From the IMG/VR virus record IMGVR_UViG_3300037478_000708, positions 64,001 to 128,000 of that record: a stretch of DNA of 64,000 nucleotides; one strand, written 5' to 3'. Both the position numbers and the translations under genes were made by a program. Shown here in pieces: positions 53,860 through 61,029 of the stretch (its first letter is position 1; each line of letters begins with the position of its first letter). Under the pieces are notes generated by a model, which ran no database searches, was not told where the DNA came from, and saw nothing but the letters and a program-made list of their open reading frames with translations. Source of the stretch: a virus.

Positions 53860-54434
53860 TGTTCGACTTCCGCCCCAAGAACGTCTGGCTGACGGCCGAT
53901 CATCACTTCTTCCACAACGGCATCCTGCATCCGCAGCACGGCTCCTCGCGGGCGAGCCGATGGAGCACGCCGGAGGAGATGCACGCGGCGCTGCTCGACC
54001 AGTGGCGCCACACGGTCGGCCCGCACGATGTCGTCTACTCCGTCGGAGACCTGTTCTTCCGCATCGGTCGGGCTCGAACGCTCGAGCTGCTGCGCGCGCT
54101 GAGCGGGTTTCGGATCGTGCTCCTCTGCGGCAACCACGACGGGGAGCGGCTCGAGAAGCTCGCGCGACAGCAGGCGCTTCCGGACAACGTGCAGGTCGTG
54201 CCGCGGTCGGAGAGTTTCGTGGCGCTCGGCGAGTACCGGCGCGCGGTGATGAGCCACTGGCACACGGAGCGCTGGCCCGGCCGTGAACGCGGTACGGTGC
54301 TTGTACACGGTCACTCCCACGGGAAGCGCAAGGTGGAACCCGACCGGCTCGACGTCGGATGGGACGTCTACGGCAGGCTTCTTCACCTCGAAGAGGTGCG
54401 CGCCTACTTCGAGCGCGGGGAACGTCCGAAGTAG
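53856..54434 (+). CDS. Calcineurin-like metallophosphoesterase
   Basis: ADHHF.H, VGD, GNHD, SH, HGHSH, DVG.D. Confidence 0.9.
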   Translation: MMFDFRPKNVWLTADHHFFHNGILHPQHGSSRASRWSTPEEMHAALLDQWRHTVGPHDVVYSVGDLFFRIGRARTLELLRALSGFRIVLLCGNHDGERLEKLARQQALPDNVQVVPRSESFVALGEYRRAVMSHWHTERWPGRERGTVLVHGHSHGKRKVEPDRLDVGWDVYGRLLHLEEVRAYFERGERPK

Positions 54435-54520
54435 GCACTTGTGCGGCCGTGGGAAGTAGACCCCCAACATCTTGCGGTTGACGAGCCGCCGCCAGACCTG
54501 TATCCGCGCACGCGCACTAT

Positions 54521-54650
54521 GCCTGTAAGGGGCCTTGAAGGGAGCTTGTAGGTCCCTGGAAGACGCCTGTAAGGGAGCCTGGAAGGCGCCTTCCAAAACA
54601 GTAGAGACCAAAGAGACTACAGAGACAGAAGCTACAAAATACACAAGAGG
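54521..54650. repeat. Origin-like region: about six 10-12-bp direct repeats followed by an A-rich tract
   Basis: GCCTGTAAGGG, GCCTTGAAGGGA, GCTTGTAGGTC, CCTGGAAGAC, GCCTGTAAGGGA, GCCTGGAAGGC, then AAAACAGTAGAGACCAAAGAGACTACAGAGACAGAAGCTACAAAATACACAAGAGG. Confidence 0.6.
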
Positions 54651-54722
54651 GGGCGGTCCTGGCGGACCGCCCCGACCGGAAGGCTTCGCTTGGGTTCGGG
54701 AAGCCACCGCCCGGACACCTGT

Positions 54723-54743
54723 CCAGTGACAGCGTGTCACCGG
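54723..54743 (-). repeat. Dispersed palindrome copy 6
   Basis: CCAGTGACAGCGTGTCACCGG; with flanks, a 23-bp exact reverse complement of copy 3. Confidence 0.95.
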
Positions 54744-54853
54744 AAAAAATCTGCGCGCGAGCTTCGCCCAGGTACCCCCGGTCGGTAGAATCCTGTTCCC
54801 ACGTGGGGATCTCACGCTCGGACGCGCAGGTCACCACACCCATGCGGGAACAG

Positions 54854-54887
54854 CCCCCCGGGCCTTTCGGGGTCCGGGGGGTCTTTT
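54854..54887 (+). terminator. Intrinsic terminator
   Basis: CCCCCCGGGCCT-TTCG-GGGTCCGGGGGG followed by TCTTTT. Confidence 0.8.
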
Positions 54888-54935
54888 CCATCCGAGACCA
54901 CGGCTCATCGAGCCGACCGGACGGGGATACCTGCC

Positions 54936-56522
54936 ATGAAACATCGCGCGGCCATCTACGTGCGCGGCGCCTGGGCCGAGCTGAGGAACGCTCCCGCCGG
55001 GACGCTGGAGGGGTGCCTCTCGTTCAAGCACCCGAACCCCTGGTACTCCAAGGCGTTCCGGGAGAAGCGCTGGGACGGCCGCGTGCGCCTGTTCAAGGGC
55101 GATCAGTTCCCGGCCGGGCACACGCCGATCGTCGCGGCGTACCTGAGCGAACTCGGGCGGGACGTCTTCATCTCGGGCTTCGAGGATCGGAAAGACGTCG
55201 ACCTGTCCGAGCTGACAAGAGACTACCTTCCCGGAATCGAACTGTGGGATCATCAATGGAACGCAATCACTTCTCTTCTTAGTCACAAGAGGGGTGTTGT
55301 CAAGAGCCCCACCGGGTCCGGGAAGACCGAAGACATCTTCACCGTGGCCGCGTACCTGTGGGAGCAACGGAACTGGCGCTCGTTGGTGATCGAGCCCACC
55401 AAGGGCTTGATGCGGCAGACGTACGAGCGCGCCTGCGCGTACTTCCACGACTGGATCTCCGTCGGCATGGCCGGCGACGGCGAGCGTGTCGAAGGCAACG
55501 TCGTCATCGCGACGGGTCAGACGATGCAACACTGGCGCACCACGCGCCGCAAGGGGCGCATCCGTCCAGCGGACGCGTGGCTCCGCGATCTGGTCAAGCA
55601 CTACGAGGTCATGTTCCTCGACGAGTGCCACAAGGCCAGCTCGGACATGTGGTACGACATCGCGATGAACTCCGGTGCGCACCGGCGCTACGGGTTCAGC
55701 GGCACGCCGATCAAGGACAACGTGATCGACGACATGCGCCTGATCGGAGCGACGGGTCCGATCGTCTTCGACGTCGCCGCCACCGGGCTGATCGAGCGGG
55801 GGCTGGCCGCGCGTCCGAAGATCCTCATGGTCATGAGCGACGCGGTGAGCGGGCCCTCGATCGACGAAGACATCGAGCTGGCGTGCGAGGAGCAGGAGGC
55901 CGCGCTTCGGAAGAAGCGCAGGGCTCGTGGCGGGAAGACGCCCAAGCCGAGCAAGTACCGCATCGCCTACCGGCTCGGGATCTTGGAGAACGAGAGTCAC
56001 AACCGCGCCGTCGTGCGCGTCGCGCAGTGGATGGTCGACCACGGCCGCAAGACGCTGCTCCTGTGCCGCTACAAGGAGCACTACGACATCCTCGCGGAGC
56101 TGCTCGAGGAACAGGGCACGAAGTTCATCGGCGTCTGGGGCGCGACGGACAACTCCGATCGTGCCCACGCGAAGAAGGCGCTCGGCGACGGGCGCGTTAG
56201 CTTGGTCCTCGCGACAGGGATCTGGGACGAGGGTGAAGACATCCCCGGCGTGAACGGACTCGTGTTCGCGGAGGGTGTGGCCGCGACCACGAACTCGCGT
56301 CAGCGCGTCGGCCGCGGGATGCGCGGAGACACCGAGGATGTTTGGGTTGTTGACTTTGTTCCCACCTGCAACAAGACCCTTATCGAACACGCCGCGAAGC
56401 GCGCGGATGCGTGGGAAGGCGAGGGGTACGAAGTGCTCGTGTGGGAGGACTGGCCCGAAGAAGGCAAGGAGCTAGATCTTCCGTTCGCGAGGTGGGATGA
56501 TTCGTGCGAACGTTCGGCGTGA
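54936..56522 (+). CDS. SF2 helicase (UvsW/XPB-like)
   Basis: WDG.VRLF, LWDHQ, PTGSGKT, DECH, GFSGTP, DEG.DIP, QRVGRGMR, V.DF. Confidence 0.92.
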   Translation: MKHRAAIYVRGAWAELRNAPAGTLEGCLSFKHPNPWYSKAFREKRWDGRVRLFKGDQFPAGHTPIVAAYLSELGRDVFISGFEDRKDVDLSELTRDYLPGIELWDHQWNAITSLLSHKRGVVKSPTGSGKTEDIFTVAAYLWEQRNWRSLVIEPTKGLMRQTYERACAYFHDWISVGMAGDGERVEGNVVIATGQTMQHWRTTRRKGRIRPADAWLRDLVKHYEVMFLDECHKASSDMWYDIAMNSGAHRRYGFSGTPIKDNVIDDMRLIGATGPIVFDVAATGLIERGLAARPKILMVMSDAVSGPSIDEDIELACEEQEAALRKKRRARGGKTPKPSKYRIAYRLGILENESHNRAVVRVAQWMVDHGRKTLLLCRYKEHYDILAELLEEQGTKFIGVWGATDNSDRAHAKKALGDGRVSLVLATGIWDEGEDIPGVNGLVFAEGVAATTNSRQRVGRGMRGDTEDVWVVDFVPTCNKTLIEHAAKRADAWEGEGYEVLVWEDWPEEGKELDLPFARWDDSCERSA

Positions 56523-56613
56523 AATTTTCTTGAGACACGCTTGACGTCGCCCGTCGGAAGGGATAAACCAGCCCCCGTGGTGATCCCGATGGCGTTTGAT
56601 TCGACGAGAGAGC

Positions 56614-57546
56614 GTGAAGACGAAACTACCAGTCCCGTCTCCAGACGGCGTGCCGCCGTGCTTCGGTGTTCAGTACCGCGAGGCCGACAAGGGCTGCGCT
56701 TGCTGCCGAGTGCGCGCACACTGCGCACCGAGAGCGCAACGCTGGCGCGAGAAGCGCTCGCTCTCCGAGCTGCTCGCCGATGCCGACGCGCGGTTGCGTC
56801 ACGCGCGTTCCGACGAAACGCTGCAAGAGATCTACGACCGGCTGCACCGCGAGATCTTCGGGACGATCTCACGCCGTTCCTCGAGTGAGGCGAACGAGGA
56901 TCTCTTCGCGCGGTTGTTCGCCTTCCTGCGCCGTGAGGAGATCGACCTAGCGACCTACGTCGCCGGTAACATGTGGGCGATGAAGCCCTGGGTCGAGTCG
57001 AATCCGCGCATCGGGTTCCAACCCAACCACCTGTCCGGCGAGCGCGCCCTGCGGCGCTACTACGCGTACCTCGGCCGGCAGAGACGGCGCTTCCGGCAGC
57101 AACGGCACACGGGCGAGACGGGCGGCACGCTGACGGCCAACATCCGACAGCAGATCTTCCTGGGGGAGTACGCGGTGGGGCTGGAGTACGTGCGGACGTA
57201 CGTGGCCGAGGGAGACGCGAGCTGGGCCGCCGCGATCGAAGAGGCGCAGCCGTCGGCGGATTGGCGCGCGGTCGAATGCGGCCCCTCGGGAGGCAAGCGC
57301 TACCACGAGCTGTGCACGATCTTCGGCACGCATCGGCTGTCGGCGGAGAAGCAGCGGGCCACGCTCAAGGCGGCCTGCGTCGTGGCCGAGAGCTACGAGC
57401 ACGACCTCTCGCACCGCGTCGGCGTCCGCGGTGCGTTCACCTGGGCCGACTTCGCCGTGCTCATCGCGCGGCTCTACCCGCTCGACACGCCCAGTGACAC
57501 GCTGTCACTGGCCGAGGTGCAGGGGGTCGCCTGGCATGGTTGCTGA
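56614..57546 (+). CDS. Hypothetical replication-module protein with N-terminal Cys cluster
   Basis: PPCFG.......C.CC.....C; directly upstream of the DnaB-like helicase (start 56614 or 56596). Confidence 0.65.
   Translation: MKTKLPVPSPDGVPPCFGVQYREADKGCACCRVRAHCAPRAQRWREKRSLSELLADADARLRHARSDETLQEIYDRLHREIFGTISRRSSSEANEDLFARLFAFLRREEIDLATYVAGNMWAMKPWVESNPRIGFQPNHLSGERALRRYYAYLGRQRRRFRQQRHTGETGGTLTANIRQQIFLGEYAVGLEYVRTYVAEGDASWAAAIEEAQPSADWRAVECGPSGGKRYHELCTIFGTHRLSAEKQRATLKAACVVAESYEHDLSHRVGVRGAFTWADFAVLIARLYPLDTPSDTLSLAEVQGVAWHGC
57491..57511 (+). repeat. Dispersed palindrome copy 7 (inside a CDS, 24 nt before the helicase ATG)
   Basis: CCAGTGACACGCTGTCACTGG. Confidence 0.95.
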
Positions 57547-59077
57547 GGGGACCTACGAGTTCGGAGACACCTTTCAGCATCATGCTCTCGCTGTACTCGC
57601 CCGGATCCCCGGCGGCGTCGTGCGCTACCGCTCCGCGCTCGACCACACCTACTTCGGGTCGAAGCAGCTCCGCATCGTGTCGGAGGCGCTCTTCAAGCAC
57701 GTCGATGTGCACCGCAAGCTCCCGCAGCAGCCGACGTTGCTGGAAGACGTTCGCGACGTCAGCGGAGACGACGACTTTCCCGGCGTGCGCCGCGTCGTCT
57801 CGCGGCTCTACAAGGAGGACATCTCCGACGCGCGTGCCGTCCTCGAGCGACTGATCGAATTCGGGAAGCAGCAGGCTTTCGTCAACGCGACGCTCAAGGC
57901 GGCCGACAAGCTCGACCGCGGCGACCGCAACCTGCGCCCGCTCTTCGACGAGGCCGCGCTCGTCGGCGAGGATCTGCTCGACGTAGGCATCGACTACGCG
58001 GGCAGTCCGGAGTCCCGGTTGGAGTGGTACCGCAACCCGCAGGTGCAGGCCGCCGATCAGATCCGCACCGGCGTTCCCCACCTCGACGCGATGTTGGGCG
58101 GAGGGATCGCGCGCGGTGGCATGGGCGTCGTGCTCGCGCCCCCCAAGCGCGGCAAGACGACCACGCTCATCAACATCGGCTTCGGTGCGCTGACGGCCGT
58201 GTCGCGCTACAACGTCGTGCACTACTCGATGGAGATGGATCAGGATCGCGTGAGCCGTCGCTACGACGATCGTCTGATGGGCGAGAAGGTGCAGCTCAGG
58301 AAGAGCGACCCGGATCGCTACGCCGAGCTGCTCGAGGCGCGTCTGAAGAAGACGGTGCGCGGCCGGCTCTTCGTCAAGAACTACCCGACGCGCACGGCCA
58401 CGGTGTCGAAGCTGCGCTCGCACCTGTCGCTCCTGTCGGCACGAGCCTTCCACCCCGACGTCATCATCGTCGACTACGCCGACATCATGAAGCCCGAGCG
58501 GCGCCTAGGAGAGATGCGCCACGAGCAAGCCGGCATCTACGAAGACCTCCGCCAGCTCGCCGGGGAGTTCAACGCCGTGGTGTGGACGGGTTCGCAGGCG
58601 AGTCGCGGCGCGCTCGAGAAGGACGTCATCACGATCAACGACTTCGCCGAGACGTTCGAGAAGGCGGCGATCGTCGACGCGGCCATCGCGTTTTGCCAGA
58701 CCGATGACGAGCGCATCGAGCGGAAGTGCCGTCTGTTCGGTGCTGCGCTGCGCGATCAGGAAGACGGTCGCACCGTTGAGTGTGAGATCCACCGCAACCA
58801 GTGTCGGATCCGTTCCATCTCGCTGCTCGACGTCGCGGGTACGCGCATCGTCGTGGACGGCGTGGACGATAAGCGGGAGGACTACACGGAGACGCGCACC
58901 GAGGTCGTTCGCAAGAAGGCCGTCGAGACGATCAAGGATCGAGCGGGGTTGCGTCGCAAGAAGGCCGTGAAGCGCGAAGCGCGGCCCGTGGCACGCAAGA
59001 AGTTCTCGACCAAGAAGGGTGGGAAGAGGGTCGCCGAACGTCGTGACCGTCCGACGAGGAAGGTGGAGGCAGCATGA
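57536..59077 (+). CDS. DnaB/gp41-like replicative helicase
   Basis: TG..LD..LGGG, APPKRGKT, YSMEM, IIVDYADIM, WTGSQ.SR; start MVAEG at 57536. Confidence 0.93.
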   Translation: MVAEGTYEFGDTFQHHALAVLARIPGGVVRYRSALDHTYFGSKQLRIVSEALFKHVDVHRKLPQQPTLLEDVRDVSGDDDFPGVRRVVSRLYKEDISDARAVLERLIEFGKQQAFVNATLKAADKLDRGDRNLRPLFDEAALVGEDLLDVGIDYAGSPESRLEWYRNPQVQAADQIRTGVPHLDAMLGGGIARGGMGVVLAPPKRGKTTTLINIGFGALTAVSRYNVVHYSMEMDQDRVSRRYDDRLMGEKVQLRKSDPDRYAELLEARLKKTVRGRLFVKNYPTRTATVSKLRSHLSLLSARAFHPDVIIVDYADIMKPERRLGEMRHEQAGIYEDLRQLAGEFNAVVWTGSQASRGALEKDVITINDFAETFEKAAIVDAAIAFCQTDDERIERKCRLFGAALRDQEDGRTVECEIHRNQCRIRSISLLDVAGTRIVVDGVDDKREDYTETRTEVVRKKAVETIKDRAGLRRKKAVKREARPVARKKFSTKKGGKRVAERRDRPTRKVEAA

Positions 59078-59436
59078 AACACGTCCTGACGATTACGGGT
59101 CCCCCCGGTAGCGGTAAGAGCACGGTGTTGCGTACGGTGGCGCGGGGGTTCGCGGTGGACGGAGGTCTCCGTGTGGCGTTCGTCGACGCGGATCACGTTC
59201 CGGGCTCTCTCGAGCCGTTCTTCCGCAACACTGAGGTCTCTGTGCTGCACACCCGCTCCGGTGACCACCTGTGGCCCTTCCTCGCGAAGCTCGCGGAGGG
59301 GTTCGACGTGATCGCCGTGGACATCCCGCACCTGACACAAGCGGACGCAGACGAGTTGGCGGCCGTGGCCAGGGAGCGGGACTGCTCGTTCATCCTCACG
59401 CGGCAGACGAATCGTAAGCCGGAGGCGGGAGAATGA
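59074..59436 (+). CDS. Minimal RecA/DnaB-fold P-loop protein
   Basis: ITGPPGSGKST, VAFVD, DVIAVD, ILTRQTNR within 120 aa. Confidence 0.7.
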   Translation: MKHVLTITGPPGSGKSTVLRTVARGFAVDGGLRVAFVDADHVPGSLEPFFRNTEVSVLHTRSGDHLWPFLAKLAEGFDVIAVDIPHLTQADADELAAVARERDCSFILTRQTNRKPEAGE

Positions 59437-60443
59437 AACGCCGCTCGCTCATCGACTACCTCGACTCGCGCCTGGGCAAGCACTCAGGGAACGGGCCGGA
59501 GTACACGTTCCACTGCCCGGCGTGCTCCGCTCGGTTGGGTAGCGACAGCGGCAAGAAGAAGTTCGCCGTCAACCTCGTCAAGCAGCGCGGTCAGTGCTTC
59601 CGCTGCGAGTTCAAGTTCCGCGCGCTCGAGCAGCTCTTCCGCTACCTGAACGGCGGGTTCGTGACGCCGGAGGAGCGCATCCTCCTTCGCGACGACCCTC
59701 CGCTGGTTGTCGTGTCCGTGCGTCGCACCGTGCAGGCGTTGCTGCGCGGAGAGGACGATGCGCGGCCGGAGAGGTTGCGTACGCATCGGCTGCCGCGTGA
59801 GGCGAAGGCGCTCACCGAGGTCGATCCCAAGAAGATGCCGTGGAAGCGCGCCGTCGGTTACCTGCGAAGGCGGGGGTTCGACCTAGAGGACGCGCGCCGC
59901 TTCGACCTGCACTACTGCGCCACGGGCGACTACAGCGGCTACATCATCTTTCCGGTCGTGCAGGGCGGCGAGACGGTCTACTGGACGAGTCGCTACTGCG
60001 GTGACAAGAACCCGATCAAGAGTCGGAACCCCCCGAAGGGTGACGATCGCTACGGCCGCGAGCACTGCCTCCTAAACTACGATGCCGTGGTCGGCGCTCC
60101 AGTGGTGGCGCTCGTGGAGGGGCCGCTCGACTGCGTGGCCTTCGTCGACCCTCCGGCGATCGCGCTCATGGGGCGCAAGCTGAGCGCGATGCAGGCCGCG
60201 CTGATCGGTGCGCTCGCGGAGCTGGGCCTCGAGGAGGTCGTGATCGCGCTCGACCCGGGTGCGGGGACGGACATGGACGAGATCCGCACGAGTCTCACGG
60301 GCCGCGTGCCCCGCGTCACCACGCTCTATTTCGACAGCGGCGACCCCGCGTCCCGGCGCGCTGAGCTGCGCAGCCTCGTGACCGGACGCACGTCCGAGCC
60401 GACCCTAGGCCAACGCGTCCGGTCACGGTTGGTCGCGAAGTGA
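59433..60443 (+). CDS. DNA primase (Zn finger plus TOPRIM)
   Basis: CPAC...CFRC, YL.RRG, IIFP, VEGPLD, ALMG, ALD, GDP. Confidence 0.92.
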   Translation: MKRRSLIDYLDSRLGKHSGNGPEYTFHCPACSARLGSDSGKKKFAVNLVKQRGQCFRCEFKFRALEQLFRYLNGGFVTPEERILLRDDPPLVVVSVRRTVQALLRGEDDARPERLRTHRLPREAKALTEVDPKKMPWKRAVGYLRRRGFDLEDARRFDLHYCATGDYSGYIIFPVVQGGETVYWTSRYCGDKNPIKSRNPPKGDDRYGREHCLLNYDAVVGAPVVALVEGPLDCVAFVDPPAIALMGRKLSAMQAALIGALAELGLEEVVIALDPGAGTDMDEIRTSLTGRVPRVTTLYFDSGDPASRRAELRSLVTGRTSEPTLGQRVRSRLVAK

Positions 60444-60465
60444 CGGGTCTGGAAAAGACCCGTCA
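60441..60465 (+). terminator. Hairpin at the primase stop (possible terminator or processing site)
   Basis: TGACGGGTCT-GGAAA-AGACCCGTCA, 10-bp perfect stem, no U tract. Confidence 0.45.
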
Positions 60466-60508
60466 GGATTGGTAAATTCCCCCCTCGTCCCCCCGCTTCT
60501 TCCCCCCG

Positions 60509-60874
60509 ATGCGCGACCAAGAGTGGAACCTGATCGAGCCCGGCGACCTGCTCGACTACATGCCTCCGGCGTCTTCCGCCGAGCCCCATCCAACGTCGCG
60601 GCGCTTTCAGGTCTTCAAGCTCGACAAGGGTGTCGTCTTCGCGGTGCGCATCCTGAACAACCGCGACGACGGTTCCGCGGACTTCACGGTCAGCGAGACC
60701 GTGCGCATCGCGAAGAACTCGCCTCGGTGGAAGATGGTGTCGCTGAAGTCGAAGCTGGTTGCCACCGGCGGCTTCCTCGTCACGCGGGCGGACGGTTCGA
60801 CGGAGTACGACCGATGCCCGACACCGCTCGATCGAAGTCAAGCCGCCCCTCAGACGCTTCAGTCGCGCGGCTGA
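60509..60874 (+). CDS. Hypothetical protein
   Basis: 121 aa with coding-like codon usage. Confidence 0.6.
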   Translation: MRDQEWNLIEPGDLLDYMPPASSAEPHPTSRRFQVFKLDKGVVFAVRILNNRDDGSADFTVSETVRIAKNSPRWKMVSLKSKLVATGGFLVTRADGSTEYDRCPTPLDRSQAAPQTLQSRG

Positions 60875-60879
60875 GGGTC

Positions 60880-61029
60880 ATGCTCAAGTCACCGGCGATC
60901 ACCCCGCGTTGCTTCGGGCAACCGGAGCGCTGTGCAGAGTGCCGTGCCTGTGGGCTTCGTGTGCTGTGCTACGAACGTCACGCGCAGGAACCCGTGCACC
61001 TCTTGCCGCGCGTCCGGATTCCCGTGTGA
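60880..61029 (+). CDS. Small Cys-cluster protein
   Basis: MLKSPAITPRCFGQPERCAECRACGLRVLC; stop overlaps the polymerase GTG. Confidence 0.55.
   Translation: MLKSPAITPRCFGQPERCAECRACGLRVLCYERHAQEPVHLLPRVRIPV

Noticed and set aside
56541-56569. sigma70-like promoter TTGACG-N17-TAAACC
   Set aside because: Plausible, but the -10 lacks the conserved final T and it is a single instance, too weak to call.
2386-57511. Palindromes as a CRISPR array or as intrinsic terminators
   Set aside because: Copies are kilobases apart with no spacers or cas genes. They have no U tracts, an invariant 3-nt centre in either orientation, and one copy is inside a CDS.
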